This document shows positions 40,414 through 51,523 of a DNA stretch of 64,000 bases, piece after piece (positions within the stretch are counted from its first letter, which is position 1; each line of letters begins with the position of its first letter). A program made the position numbers and the translations under genes. This DNA is from Alphaproteobacteria bacterium (GTDB lineage Bacteria; Pseudomonadota; Alphaproteobacteria; UBA828). The notes under the pieces were generated by a model, which made no database searches, had not been told where the DNA came from, and saw only the letters and a list, made by a program, of their open reading frames with translations. The stretch lies in assembly GCA_965214705.1 (NCBI GenBank), contig CBDCCI010000002.1, positions 2,880,001 through 2,944,000 of the forward strand. Direction: 5' to 3'.

Positions 40414-42198
40414 CTAGCGACCTTCCCCTGCGGCGTTGCGTTCGTCCTCGGCGAACATCTCTTCCAGCTCCCGGGTCCAGTGCTTCGCCTCTTCGATCAT
40501 GCGGTCGGTGTCGTGCGCGATCTCGTGCTGCTGGATCAGGCGCGCGGTGTCGTGGTCGCGGAAGGTCTCGACGGTACGCCGGCTGTCGAATTGGCTTATG
40601 CCCAGCTCGGTCATGATCCCTTGGGCGAGCTCGAGGCTCGAATGGAAGGTGTCGCGAACGATGCGCTCGACGCCGAGGTCCATCAGCGCGTAGGCGTGCT
40701 GGCGGTTGCGCGCACGGGCGAAGATCGTGAGATGCGGGAAGTGCTTGCGCACCGCCCGCGCCGTCGCGAGCGAGCGCTCCACATCCTCGATGGCGAGCAC
40801 GAAGAGCACGGCCTTGTCGGCCTTCGCGGCGCGCAGCAGCTCAACCCGGCTCGCGTCGCCATAGTAGATCTTGTTGCCGAATCGGCGCACGAAGTCGACC
40901 TGCTCGGCGCTGGACTCGAGTGCGGTGAAGCCGATGCGGCGCAAACGCAGGATGCGGCCCACGATTTGGCCGACCCGGCCGAATCCCGCGATGATGACCC
41001 GGTTCTCCTCGTCGATGTGGCGCTCGTACTCCGGTTCCGCCTCTTTCCCGAGGCGGGCGTTCAGCCAGTCGCCGGCCCTGAAGGCGAGGGGTGTCGTCGC
41101 CATCGAAAGCGTCACCGCGACGATCAGCATGTCGGCTGTGCGCCCGTCCATCAGCGCGGACGACACGCCGAGCGCGACGATGACGAAGGCGAACTCGCCG
41201 CCCTGCGAGAGCGCCACGGCCGTGCCGCGGATCGTCCGCCAGTTCGGTGTGTCGATGCGCGCGACGGCGGCCAGGCAGAGCATCTTGACGAGCATCAGGC
41301 CGAGGGCGAGGCCGAGCACCGTGAGCGGCGTCTCGATCACCAATCCGATGTTGACCGTCATCCCGACCGCCATGAAGAACAGGCCGAGCAGCAGGCCCTT
41401 GAAGGGTTCGATGTCGGCTTCCAGCTCGTGCCGGTATTCGGAATCGGCAAGAAGCACGCCGGCCAGGAACGCGCCGAGCGCCATGGAGAGGCCGACATGC
41501 TCCATCAGCAGGGCCACGCCCACGACCGTGAGGAGGGCCGTGGCGGTGAACACCTCGTGGGTGCCGAACCGCGCGACGAGTCGGAGGACATGGCGCAGCA
41601 GGTAGCGGCCGCCGACGGCGACGAGCGCGATCATGCCGACCGCCTCGGCGATGCCGAGCCAGAGCGTCCCGCCCCCGGCGCCGCCGGACGCGGGCGCCAG
41701 CAGGGGCAGGAGGGCCAGGATCGGGATCACCGCGAGGTCCTGGAACAGCAGGATCGAGAACGACAGGCGGCCGTGGCGGGTGGTGAGTTCGTTGCGCTCG
41801 GCCAGCGCCTGCAGGGCGAAGGCGGTCGACGACAGCGACAGGGCAAGCCCCGCGACCACGGCGGTCTCGATCGGCAGTCCGAGCGCGAAGGCGATACCGG
41901 CGAACGCCGCGGCGGTCAGCGCGACCTGCCCGCCGCCCAGCCCAAAGACCGCCCGGCGCATGGCCCAGAGGCGGCGCGGCTGCAGTTCGAGGCCGATGAC
42001 GAACAGCAGCAGGACGACTCCGAACTCGGCGAAGTGGAGGATCGCCTGCTCGTCGTGGACCAGATCCAGCGCCCACGGCCCCACGATCACGCCTGCCAGC
42101 ATGTAGCCCAGGACCGACCCCAGTCCGGCCCGCCTGGCGAGCGGGACGACCACCACGGCCGCAGCAAGAAAGATGGCAACCTGTTCAAGAAACGCCAT
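40414..42198 (-). CDS. kefC: Glutathione-regulated K+ efflux antiporter (CPA2, KefB/KefC)
   Basis: SEYRHELEADIEPFKGLLLGLFF, SQGGEFAFV, GFGRVGQ KTN domain. Confidence 0.88.
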   Translation of the reverse strand: MAFLEQVAIFLAAAVVVVPLARRAGLGSVLGYMLAGVIVGPWALDLVHDEQAILHFAEFGVVLLLFVIGLELQPRRLWAMRRAVFGLGGGQVALTAAAFAGIAFALGLPIETAVVAGLALSLSSTAFALQALAERNELTTRHGRLSFSILLFQDLAVIPILALLPLLAPASGGAGGGTLWLGIAEAVGMIALVAVGGRYLLRHVLRLVARFGTHEVFTATALLTVVGVALLMEHVGLSMALGAFLAGVLLADSEYRHELEADIEPFKGLLLGLFFMAVGMTVNIGLVIETPLTVLGLALGLMLVKMLCLAAVARIDTPNWRTIRGTAVALSQGGEFAFVIVALGVSSALMDGRTADMLIVAVTLSMATTPLAFRAGDWLNARLGKEAEPEYERHIDEENRVIIAGFGRVGQIVGRILRLRRIGFTALESSAEQVDFVRRFGNKIYYGDASRVELLRAAKADKAVLFVLAIEDVERSLATARAVRKHFPHLTIFARARNRQHAYALMDLGVERIVRDTFHSSLELAQGIMTELGISQFDSRRTVETFRDHDTARLIQQHEIAHDTDRMIEEAKHWTRELEEMFAEDERNAAGEGR

Positions 42199-42310
42199 GC
42201 GACGCACTCCTTCTGCTCGAACCGCGCCCACCGCTCCGGAGCTTGCGGCCGCAAATCCGGGACCCTACCCTGTCGCGTGCACCGTCCGACACCAATGGGG
42301 CGTCCCGAAC

Positions 42311-42763
42311 ATGCTCGACATCGAGAAGGTGGACCATATCGGCATCCGGGTCAGCGACAGGGCGGTGTCCGTCGCCTTCTACGAACGGCTGGGATTCCAA
42401 ACCCTTTCGGATACGGGTTTCGAGAAGGGTCACCCGATCATCATGCAGCATCCGTCCGGCGTGGTGCTCAACCTGCTGGGGCCGGCAGACACGGCGGGCG
42501 ACAGGAACATCCTGATGGACGTCGACCAAAAATATCCGGGCATCACCCACGTCTCGTTCAAGGTGGCTTCCCTCAACGCCGCCAAGCGGTTCCTCGCGGA
42601 GCACGGCATTCCGCTGAGCGGCCAGTTCTCGTTCAAGGACCTGCGGGCCGTCTTCATCCGCGATCCCGACCGCAACGTGATCGAGCTCGACGCCTATGCC
42701 GGGGACGAACCGGAGACGCGGGCCGGCGAGCCCGAGGACGCCGGCTACCGGGCACATCCATAG
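42311..42763 (+). CDS. VOC family protein
   Basis: DHIGIRV, THVSF, RDPDRNVIEL. Confidence 0.85.
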   Translation: MLDIEKVDHIGIRVSDRAVSVAFYERLGFQTLSDTGFEKGHPIIMQHPSGVVLNLLGPADTAGDRNILMDVDQKYPGITHVSFKVASLNAAKRFLAEHGIPLSGQFSFKDLRAVFIRDPDRNVIELDAYAGDEPETRAGEPEDAGYRAHP

Positions 42764-42947
42764 CCGTACGGTTCCGGATCGGGCGTCCGGGACCGGTTCG
42801 CAACGACACCGGCGCCGGATGCTGCGACACGGCGGAGGAGCTTATCTCTCCGGGTCCGGGTCGTAGAAGAGGTTCGTTCTGCGGCTCCCCGCCGTCGCCC
42901 GGCGTCTGGTTCGAACGCCGGGACGCCAGTGAGCAATCGACCCGGGC

Positions 42948-43592
42948 TCAGGCGGCGCGTTCCCGAAGCTCGCGCAGGTGGGGCTCGGCCTCTTCCAGCA
43001 CCCGGGTGTAGGACGGACGCGTGCGCAGACGGTCCCAGTAGGCCGCGATCGCCGGGCGTTCGGCGAACGGGAACTGCTCCCCGGCGTAGAGCAGCGCCGG
43101 CGCGGCCGCGCAGTCGGCCATCGTGAAGTCCTCGCCCATCAGCCAGGGACGTCCGTCGAGCCGGTGCTCCAGGAAGTCGTACATCACGCCGGCCCGGAAG
43201 CGGCTGCGATCGATCAACTCCCGGTCGCGCGCCTCCTCCGGCTTCCAGCTCTGGAACAGCAACGAGGCGATCGAGTCGTTGAGGTAAAGGTCCAGCATGC
43301 GGTCGTGGAACCGGGTCTGGCGCGCATCGTCCGGCCCGGGCGGGATCAGCCGCGTCCCGCCGTCGAGGGTCGCATCGAGATACTCGACGATGATCGAGGA
43401 CTCGGGGATGAGGTGGCCGTCGTCGAGCACCAGCAGCGGAATGCGGCCCATCGGATAGAGCTTGCGGTAGCGCTCGCGTTCGGTCTCGTCGAACAGCCTG
43501 ACCTGCTCGGGCTCGAACTCTGCTCCCTTCTCGTGGAGCGCGATGAGCACCTTCTGCGAATAGGTCGACAGCGGGAAGTAGTAGAGTTTCAC
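42948..43592 (-). CDS. Glutathione S-transferase
   Basis: STYSQKV, PMGRIP, ESSII, FTMADC. Confidence 0.88.
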   Translation of the reverse strand: MKLYYFPLSTYSQKVLIALHEKGAEFEPEQVRLFDETERERYRKLYPMGRIPLLVLDDGHLIPESSIIVEYLDATLDGGTRLIPPGPDDARQTRFHDRMLDLYLNDSIASLLFQSWKPEEARDRELIDRSRFRAGVMYDFLEHRLDGRPWLMGEDFTMADCAAAPALLYAGEQFPFAERPAIAAYWDRLRTRPSYTRVLEEAEPHLRELRERAA

Positions 43593-43641
43593 CGCAGTTC
43601 TCCCTCTTGGGTCTGAACGGATTGCGGACGTTGCGGGGAGC

Positions 43642-44091
43642 TCAGCCGACATGCAGTGTTTCGAGCTTCGCCAGGCAACCGGTCCAGCCGCTCTCGTGCC
43701 GATCGCGATCCTCGGCGTCGGCGAAGCGGGAATGGGTGAGGGTGAGGCGTGTCGCGCCCTCCGGCGCCGGCTCGAGCTCGACGGTAACGAGAGATTCGAC
43801 GTCGCTGCCCTCCCACTGCCAGGTGTGGACCAGCCGGCGGTTGGGCACCACCTCGCGGTAGACCCCGCGGGTGATGTGGCGCTCGCCCTTCGCCCCGCGC
43901 ATCTCGACGAGGAAGGCCCCTCCCACCTCGACCTCGGCGACCGCGCGCGCCACCGAGAGATCGCCCGGCGCAAACCACTTGCGCATCGCCTCCGGATCGG
44001 TCCACGCGGCGTACACTTTCTCCACCGGCGCATCGATCGTGCGGTTCAGCGTCAAGTAAAACGCGCGTTGGTCGGGCCGATGCTCCGTCAT
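43642..44091 (-). CDS. SRPBCC/AHSA1-like protein
   Basis: APVEKVYAAWTDPE..W, LVHTWQW, GWTGCL. Confidence 0.88.
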   Translation of the reverse strand: MTEHRPDQRAFYLTLNRTIDAPVEKVYAAWTDPEAMRKWFAPGDLSVARAVAEVEVGGAFLVEMRGAKGERHITRGVYREVVPNRRLVHTWQWEGSDVESLVTVELEPAPEGATRLTLTHSRFADAEDRDRHESGWTGCLAKLETLHVG

Positions 44092-44147
44092 GCCGGTTGC
44101 TCCTCAATAGGTCCGGGGATCGAACTGTGCAGGCGAGTCCGGATCGG

Positions 44148-44489
44148 TCACCGCGTCCCGCCGGATTCGCCGAAGGTGGTCCTGACCAGGCTGTCGAGCG
44201 CATCGAGGCGTTCGCTCCAGAAGCGCTCGTGGAACTCGAGCCAGGCGCGGGCGTCCTCAAGCGCCGCCGGGTTCATCCGGCACACCCGTTCCCGGCCCCG
44301 CGCCTCGCGCGTCACGAGCCCGGCGCGTTCGAGCACGCCCAGGTGCTTGGACACCGCGGCAAGAGAGATGGGAAAGGGTTCGGAGAGAGCGCCTACGGTC
44401 GCCTCGCCCCCGGCCAGGCGGGCGAGGATGGCGCGGCGCGTGGGATCGGCGAGCGCGCGGAACACCAGATCGAGATTCTGTTCAACCAT
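44148..44489 (-). CDS. ArsR/SmtB-family regulator
   Basis: FRALADPTRRAIL, AVSKHLGVLERAGLV. Confidence 0.9.
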   Translation of the reverse strand: MVEQNLDLVFRALADPTRRAILARLAGGEATVGALSEPFPISLAAVSKHLGVLERAGLVTREARGRERVCRMNPAALEDARAWLEFHERFWSERLDALDSLVRTTFGESGGTR

Positions 44490-44538
44490 GCAGTTGAGTA
44501 TAGAGGCATTCCGGCGGACATTCAACCATAAGGTTTGA
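44481..44538. promoter_or_regulatory. Two ArsR-type operator palindromes
   Basis: TTCAACCATGCAGTTGAG (44481) and TTCAACCATAAGGTTTGA (44521) at the regulator start. Confidence 0.65.
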
Positions 44539-44880
44539 TGTTGTCGCGGGCCTCATGGTTGCGGGACGATCCACCGTGACACGGAACCCGGTCAGTTGCG
44601 AACGGCCGGTCCGAGAAATCGTCGTACAGCATTGGCGCGCCTCCTACCGAAGAGGCGTCGCCCGTGAGGGTCACGGACGATCCTTGCAGAGGTATCGAGG
44701 TCGACAACGTCGACCGCGCCAGGAACCTGCTGAGCCTGTGGCCCCGTCTTGCAAACTCTCCTCATGGCACGCCGCCTCTCCTTCACTGGGCCATCCACAA
44801 AGATAGACGATCGGCGGCGGCAAACGCGCCTCGCGTGGCAACGGGAACTACAGGCGAAGTGGTCGGGCCAGCGAGGGTGT

Positions 44881-45600
44881 TCACCGCGAGGTTGCTTGCC
44901 TCAAGTAGACGAAGGTCTGGCCATCTTCGACAAAGGTCAATGCCAGCGTACTCGCGCTTTCAGTCAAAGAGGCCCTCAGCAAGGACTTGCTCCCATCTGC
45001 TTCGGTAAGGGCGATCGTGTCGCCGGCGAGAGAATACGGCCTGGTTTGAGAGAAGGTGAGTGATGTCGTCATCACGTTGTCCACGATCTCCAGCGTACCC
45101 GAGACCAGGAGCGGGAATATCGCGGTTCTGGATCGGCGCAGGTCCAGCGCATATGTTCCCTGCAATGCATCTTCAGTGACGTCGTTGGACGTACCGGCGC
45201 CGTTCGATCTCCCGAACACGAATACCGCGACGCTATCCCCGATTTCGTCTACCAGTGTCAGCGTATTACCGTTGTTGGCGAGCGACGCCTGTATCACATC
45301 CTCGAAACCGTTTTGGAACGTAACCGTAAGGTCGTCATCCGCCAGTGTGAAACGTCCCTCCCCAGCAAATGTCGGTGCGAACGTCAGAGTCTCGGCGCCG
45401 ATCTCGAGCCTCTCGGAGATCATGTGGAAGGCGGTGTCGCTGTCTGATTGGGCCGGCCAGCGATCCGTGCTCAACTCGTAGGTGCCGAGAAGATTGGCAA
45501 TCGTCAGCGCGCTCGTTTTCTCTTCATCGGCGTGAGCGATTCCGACCAACAGTACCGTGGTCGCTATGGTTCCCCATAACCAAGCTGCCGCCGGACTCAT
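44881..45600 (-). CDS. Hypothetical exported protein with two lipocalin-like repeats
   Basis: Signal peptide; LLGTYEL / LQGTYAL and TLTL / TLAL repeated. Confidence 0.6.
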   Translation of the reverse strand: MSPAAAWLWGTIATTVLLVGIAHADEEKTSALTIANLLGTYELSTDRWPAQSDSDTAFHMISERLEIGAETLTFAPTFAGEGRFTLADDDLTVTFQNGFEDVIQASLANNGNTLTLVDEIGDSVAVFVFGRSNGAGTSNDVTEDALQGTYALDLRRSRTAIFPLLVSGTLEIVDNVMTTSLTFSQTRPYSLAGDTIALTEADGSKSLLRASLTESASTLALTFVEDGQTFVYLRQATSR

Positions 45601-45895
45601 GGTTGGTGCCCTATCGGTGATGTCATGTGAACCGTCGGTAATTCGAATCGGTTTCGGTCTCAGCCGACAGCTTCTCCGCCAAGTACATCACGCGGCCGGA
45701 GGCGGAATCGGGCAGCATTATGCAAGAGTCACCGTCGCGTCGCAAAACGAAGGCGATTGTGTCGAAGGCACGCAACCGCAATCTGGGAGGAGATCGGTCG
45801 TTTCACGCCTCGGCGCCCAATTCGATGTGGAACGTGAGAGTCTCCGAAGCGGCATGCCGCTTCGACGGAGCGGTTCTGTCCGCGATGACGACGGC

Positions 45896-47275
45896 TCACT
45901 CCAGCGGCTTCAGGTCGCCCAGCATCGTCGGAATCAGCTCGCTCACGGTGGGATGAACATGCACGGCCCGCTGGATGGTCGTGTACGGCGCGTCTGCGTA
46001 CATGATGTCGAGGATCGAATGAATGACCTCGTCGCCGCCGATGCCGAGTATCGCGGCGCCGAGGATTCTTTCCGTCTCCGCGTCGACCAGCACCTTCATG
46101 AACCCGAGGGTCTCGCTGCGCTCGCGTGCCCGCCCCACCCGTGCCATCGCCATCTTGCCGATGAGCGCGCTCCGCCCCGAAGCGCGCACCTCCCGCTCCG
46201 TCAGTCCTGCCCGTCCGAGCGGTGGATCGATGTAGAGCCCGTAGGCCGTGATGCGGTCGTTCACCGAGCGGCGATCGTCATCGAACAGGTTGGCGGCGAC
46301 GATCTCGAAGTCGTCAAAGGAGGTGTGGGTGAAAGCGCCCCGCCCATTGACGTCGCCGAGCGCCCACACGTTCGGAACACTGGTCCGCAGCCGGTCGTCG
46401 ACCCGGATGAAACCGCGCGGGTCGGTCTCGATCCCGGCTTCGTCCAAACCGAGATCGTCGGTATTGGGCCTGCGCCCCACCGCGAGAAGCAGGTGACTGC
46501 CCAGCACCTCTGGGGCTCCCTCGTCGCATTCCACCTGAACCGAGATTCCCCGATCCAGCTTCCTCACGGCCAGGCATTCGGCGCGCAGTCGAACCTCGAT
46601 CCCCTCGGCCTGCAGTATCTCCCGTACCGCCTCGGACACGTCATCGTCGTCGCGGGCGATCAGCCGATCCTGCATCTCCACGATCGTGACCCGGCTCCCG
46701 AAACGGCGATACATCTGCGCGAACTCAAGCCCGATGTAGCTGCCGCCGATGACGATCAGGTGCTCGGGAAGAGCATCGATATCCATCATCGACGAATTGG
46801 TCAGGTAGTCGATCTCGTTCAGGCCAGGCAGGTCGGGAACGAACGCGCGAGCGCCCGTGTTGATGAAGATCCTCCCGGCCTCCAGCCGCTCGCCGCCCAC
46901 ACGCACCGTGCACGAGTCCTCGAAACGCGCGTGTCCTTCGTACACCGTGCAGTTGGACATGCTCCGGAGCCAGGCGGTCACGCCTTCGCTCGATTGCCGC
47001 ACGATGGCGTCCTTGCGGGCCTTGACCCGCTTCATGTTCACCTCGACGGGACCCCCAATCGCAACACCGAAGTCGTCGCCCCGACGGGCCATGTGGGCGG
47101 CGCGGGCGCTCGCCACCAGCGCCTTGGTGGGGATGCAGCCCACGTTCACGCAGGTACCGCCGAACAGCTTGCGCTCGATGACGGCGGTCTTCAGGCCTTC
47201 GCCGGTCAGTCTCGCCGCCATCGACGGTCCGGACTGACCCGTACCGATGACGATCGCGTCGTATCTCTGTGCCAT
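45896..47275 (-). CDS. FAD-dependent pyridine nucleotide-disulfide oxidoreductase (MerA/LPD-like)
   Basis: GTGQSG, GGTCVNVGCIP, GGSYIGLE, HPTVSE. Confidence 0.88.
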   Translation of the reverse strand: MAQRYDAIVIGTGQSGPSMAARLTGEGLKTAVIERKLFGGTCVNVGCIPTKALVASARAAHMARRGDDFGVAIGGPVEVNMKRVKARKDAIVRQSSEGVTAWLRSMSNCTVYEGHARFEDSCTVRVGGERLEAGRIFINTGARAFVPDLPGLNEIDYLTNSSMMDIDALPEHLIVIGGSYIGLEFAQMYRRFGSRVTIVEMQDRLIARDDDDVSEAVREILQAEGIEVRLRAECLAVRKLDRGISVQVECDEGAPEVLGSHLLLAVGRRPNTDDLGLDEAGIETDPRGFIRVDDRLRTSVPNVWALGDVNGRGAFTHTSFDDFEIVAANLFDDDRRSVNDRITAYGLYIDPPLGRAGLTEREVRASGRSALIGKMAMARVGRARERSETLGFMKVLVDAETERILGAAILGIGGDEVIHSILDIMYADAPYTTIQRAVHVHPTVSELIPTMLGDLKPLE

Positions 47276-48019
47276 GACTCGCTCCTCCGGGCCGATGAGC
47301 GCGGGCATTCCCTGCCGCGCTGCGCCATCTTGCGAACCGATTGTACGCTCGCGCTCCGGGCGGGTACGAGGGCGCGAGCCCGGAGCCGGGCCCGGGAAGC
47401 CGAAGCGGCCGGAATAGCGGCGCCCCCGTGGCAAACGGATGACGATGCCTAGATTTCCGTCCGGCTTCGCAACCGGCAGGCAGGTTGGACGGCATGTCGG
47501 GAGCGGCACAGAGGGCTGCAACCCATAGAATCGGTCGAGCGCGCAGCCAGGCGGACACCATCGCTGGCCCGCTCTGCACGGCAGCGAAACGGCACGAAGA
47601 CGACGGCGGGCACGGCGACGGCGAGATCCGGCGCCGATAAGGACTTGCCGCATTGGCACCCGCCACCGATCGTGTCGGTGAGCCGCTCGCTCGACGACGC
47701 GTCGAACGTTCATTGCCGCGCCCGGCGGCGGTATTCAAATTCCGGCGGGATACGAGTCGGAAGCCGATCACGGGCGCGCTTCATCGCCCCGCTTCGCTCG
47801 CCCCTGGTCTCAAAGAAGAGCAGTTCGTCGAGCACCGGGCGTGACGCAGAACAGCGCCCCTCCGCGGATGTATGCGGCGCGACGCCGAACAAGCGGACCT
47901 GAATGCCGGCCGTTTGGAGCCGATGCGGTCTTGTGGATAACCCACCCGTCAGGGGCCAGGAATCGATGGACGCCGGTCGGCTCCATTGGGAAGTTTGCCC
48001 GGGAAGGAGAGGAATCACA

Positions 48020-48550
48020 TCAAATTCCCGGTGGGCTGCGCGCACCCTCCCCGAGTTCTCGCTGCATGAGCACCGTGTCGAGCCAGCGTCCGTGCTTGCG
48101 GCCGACGTTCCTGAGGGTGCCAACGATCTCGAACCCCGCCGCCAGGTGAAGGCGCATCGACGCCGGGTCTTCGGACTCGGCTACGATTGCCACCATCTGA
48201 CGGAAGCCTCGATCCGTGCAGGCCTGAATCAGGGCACGAAGCAACGCCGTGCCGATTCCGCCACGCCTGGCCGAGCGCTCGACGTACACGGAGTTCTCCA
48301 CTGTACGACCGTAGGCGGGACGGGCTCGATAGGGGCCCGCGTAGGCGAAGCCGCAAATGTCACCGCCGCGCTCAGCAACGAAGCAGGGGTAGTTGTCCTC
48401 GATCAACAACCGCCAGCGCCTGCGCATTTCGGCCTCATCCGGCGCCACCGTCTCGAAGCTCGCAGTGCCGGCTTCGACGTAGTAGGCGTAAATGGCCGTG
48501 ACTGCCGGCATGTCGGCATCGCACGGCGGGCGAACGGTCAGTGCTTTCAT
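48020..48550 (-). CDS. Phosphinothricin acetyltransferase-like GNAT
   Basis: TASFET, YRARPAY, ENSVYV, GRKHGRWLD. Confidence 0.85.
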   Translation of the reverse strand: MKALTVRPPCDADMPAVTAIYAYYVEAGTASFETVAPDEAEMRRRWRLLIEDNYPCFVAERGGDICGFAYAGPYRARPAYGRTVENSVYVERSARRGGIGTALLRALIQACTDRGFRQMVAIVAESEDPASMRLHLAAGFEIVGTLRNVGRKHGRWLDTVLMQRELGEGARSPPGI

Positions 48551-48976
48551 GTGCGCTTCCATGTTGTCGCCGAGATAGTCCCGGCGATTCCGAAATTGCA
48601 AATGTACGGTCTTGTCGCTTCGGTTGAGCATCCACTCTCCGCCCCGCTCTTGCTGGACGGGTCGGCCGAAGCTCGGCGGTCCAACCCGGCCCCTCGATCA
48701 GGACTCTTCACGGACCGAACAGCAGATTCCAGGTTGGACCGAGAGAGGTATCGGGCAACGACAGGCACCCCAACGCCGCGTTGCGCGTTCTCGCGGGACG
48801 CCCGCGGGACGCATGGCCGACCGCAATGAACGGGAACACTCGACCCCGCTTGACCCCCACACCGCCTTGAAACGCCGCATCCAATCACCACGTCAATTCA
48901 TTGCTGCACATGTTCCAGGATCGATTGCGGCGCCGTTTTGGGACCGGAGCCCACGATGGCCAATGCGGGGGGAATC

Positions 48977-49900
48977 ATGACATCACCACACGCCGCCGCC
49001 ATCCCGGCGACCGTGGACGGGAGCGGTGTCTCCCGATACCTCCGCGAGATCCGCCAGTTTCCGCTCCTCACGCCCGAAGAGGAGTTCATGCTGGCCAAGC
49101 GCTGGCGAGAGCACGACGACGCCGAGGCGGCACACCGGCTCGTGACCAGCCACCTGCGCCTGGTGGCCAGGATCGCCATGGGCTATCGCGGCTACGGTCT
49201 CCCGGTGGGCGAGCTGATCTCCGAGGGCAACAGCGGCCTCATGCAGGCGGTCAAGCGCTTCGATCCGGACCGCGGCTTCCGCCTTGCCACCTACGCCATG
49301 TGGTGGATTCGCGCCTCGATGCAGGAATACATCCTGCGCTCCTGGTCGCTGGTGAAGATGGGCACCACAGCTGCGCAGAAGAAGCTCTTCTTCAACCTGC
49401 GCAAGCTGAAGGGCGAGATCGAGGCGATCGACGACGGCGATCTGACGCCCGAGCAAGTGGAGCACATCGCGACCGCGCTCAACGTCTCCCAGGACGATGT
49501 CACCTCCATGAACCGGCGGATGATCGGTCCAGAACTGTCGTTGAATGCGCCCATTCGAGAGGAGGGCGGTGGCGAGTGGCAGGACTGGCTCGAAGACACC
49601 GGCGAGAGCCAGGAGAGCACCGTCCTCGAAGCGAACGAGCTGGACTACCGGAGGCGGCTCCTCAGAGATTCGCTCGACGTGCTGACAGAGCGAGAGCGGC
49701 ACATCCTGCATGAGCGCAGACTAAAGGAGGAGCCGGCGACACTTGGGGAGCTGAGCCAGGTCCATGGTGTCTCGCGCGAGCGCATCCGCCAAATCGAGGT
49801 AGGGGCCTTCAAGAAGCTGCAGGAAGCGATGCGCACGGCGCACCGCGCGCAGACGGAGCGGATCCCCGACCGTGCCCCCACCGATATGCGGGCATTCTGA
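48977..49900 (+). CDS. rpoH: RNA polymerase sigma-32 factor
   Basis: SHLRLV, RLATYAMWWI, RpoH box QKKLFFNLRK, VSRERIRQIE. Confidence 0.92.
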   Translation: MTSPHAAAIPATVDGSGVSRYLREIRQFPLLTPEEEFMLAKRWREHDDAEAAHRLVTSHLRLVARIAMGYRGYGLPVGELISEGNSGLMQAVKRFDPDRGFRLATYAMWWIRASMQEYILRSWSLVKMGTTAAQKKLFFNLRKLKGEIEAIDDGDLTPEQVEHIATALNVSQDDVTSMNRRMIGPELSLNAPIREEGGGEWQDWLEDTGESQESTVLEANELDYRRRLLRDSLDVLTERERHILHERRLKEEPATLGELSQVHGVSRERIRQIEVGAFKKLQEAMRTAHRAQTERIPDRAPTDMRAF

Positions 49901-50333
49901 AGAGCCCGGTGTCGCGTGCCGCCTGATGCTCTTGCTCCACCTTGGGCTCGACGAAGGACATCGGAGCGGCCGGCAGACCCCATATCGGAATCCGGGTTGA
50001 CGATGCAGGTTACTTGGGGAGCGGCCTGAGCTCGCACGTCAGACTGTCGCGAGCTTAATGTTCCACGGCCGCAATTCGTGGATTCTCGATTGCAGCTGGC
50101 CGGCTGCACGACCCACGCATACCCGGCCAAGCCCTGCGGCAAGTTGGAGACGAATATACGCCGGCAATACGGTCACCGCCGCGATCGCGGTTTACAGGGC
50201 CGCAATCCAGAACAGCCGGATCGAGGCAGCATGCATCGCGCGAACACGGGCCGGACCATTCTCGCCGAAACCCTGCCTGCGACGCCGAAGGAGTTCGGCT
50301 GGGCAACACTAGGGTATCGTGCAGCGACGGCAT

Positions 50334-51020
50334 CTACTCCGTTCTCACATGTGCGTTTATCCAGCGGTTGAGCGGACACAGCGCCTCGAGAATTTCTGTC
50401 AAGTAGTCGATGGCGCCTCGCCCGAACAGCCGATCGTCGAACCCGGGTTTCTCCTCGGTTCGGGCGACGATCCCTTTGCGTCGAAGATGGTCCGCCGCCG
50501 GTCCGTCGGCGTCGAAGCCCCGAGGCACGCGCTGCAGTTCCGGCTCGCCCGGCACGCAACCGACTTCACCCGCGGCCGCAATCGCCGCATCCAGTTCTCT
50601 TCGCGCGGTCGCCTTCTGCACGGCCGCACGGTAGCGGTCCAGCCCGACGCCGGAGAAAGCCCAATGACCGGCCCCGAAACCGAAATGGCGATCCGATAGC
50701 ACCAGGTGCGTGCCGGCGGAGCGGTTCGGGTGGTCGCCGGTCCAGAAAACGATGTGCATGCGCGTGTGATAGGGCGTCTTGTCCTTCGAAAAGCGAGTGT
50801 CACGGTGGATGCGCCGCAGGGACCCGTTGATCTTCGGCTCCGCCCGATGCGGCGGCTCGAGCGACGCCGCGACGGGAGACAATGCCTCGATCAACTGCAG
50901 AGCGGGCTGGACAAACGAGGCATCGTATTCCGCTCTGTGTTCTTCGAACCATTGGCGATTGTTGTTCGCCTTCAGCGCCTTCAGGTATTCAACGGATTGC
51001 CGCGGAAGGCCTTCGAACAC
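50334..51020 (-). CDS. DUF2461 family protein
   Basis: LKANNNRQWF, RIHRDTRFSKDKTPY, LQRVPRGF. Confidence 0.85.
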   Translation of the reverse strand: MFEGLPRQSVEYLKALKANNNRQWFEEHRAEYDASFVQPALQLIEALSPVAASLEPPHRAEPKINGSLRRIHRDTRFSKDKTPYHTRMHIVFWTGDHPNRSAGTHLVLSDRHFGFGAGHWAFSGVGLDRYRAAVQKATARRELDAAIAAAGEVGCVPGEPELQRVPRGFDADGPAADHLRRKGIVARTEEKPGFDDRLFGRGAIDYLTEILEALCPLNRWINAHVRTE

Positions 51021-51031
51021 GACCCGCTCCC

Positions 51032-51361
51032 CTACTTGGGCGGCAGGCCGCCGACGAACCGGGCTGCGAAATCGAGCCAGCTCTTCAGGCCTGTCTCGAT
51101 CGCGGCACCCGCATCTACCCAAACCAGGCCGCCCATCTTGCGGCCCGTGAAGTCCATCGGCCGGGCGCCCGGCCTCGCCAGCGCTTCGGCCTCCTGGTCC
51201 TTGCCGACGCGAAACATGAATCGGTCGCGATCCGCGACGCCCGCGAGCATGTTGCCGTTGAGCAGAAAGCACACGCCGCCAAACATGTTCCGTTCCGTAA
51301 CGCCCTTTGTGCCCGAGAGCGCTTTGCGCAGCAGCTCAGCTAGATGTGGATCGTGCGCCAC
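51032..51361 (-). CDS. TfoX N-terminal domain protein
   Basis: MFGGVCFLLNGNM, MDFTGRKM, ends LPPK. Confidence 0.85.
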   Translation of the reverse strand: MAHDPHLAELLRKALSGTKGVTERNMFGGVCFLLNGNMLAGVADRDRFMFRVGKDQEAEALARPGARPMDFTGRKMGGLVWVDAGAAIETGLKSWLDFAARFVGGLPPK

Positions 51362-51523
51362 TGCTCACCCCGTCATCCGGGTCGATCTGCCCCTGCCGCC
51401 GCTGACAAGGCAGTCCGACTCGCAAGCGCCTGGGCTGTGACGATGAGCGTCGTCGACACGATGTCACTTCCGTGCCCTTTGGCCCCCGAGGGGGCCGGTG
51501 CGGCATGCCGCACCGGCAGAACC

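Noticed and set aside
45896-47275. Mercuric reductase merA
   Set aside because: No C-terminal Cys-Cys pair, no NmerA domain and no mer genes nearby
47932-47940. Perfect DnaA box (TGTGGATAA)
   Set aside because: Single copy with no origin context
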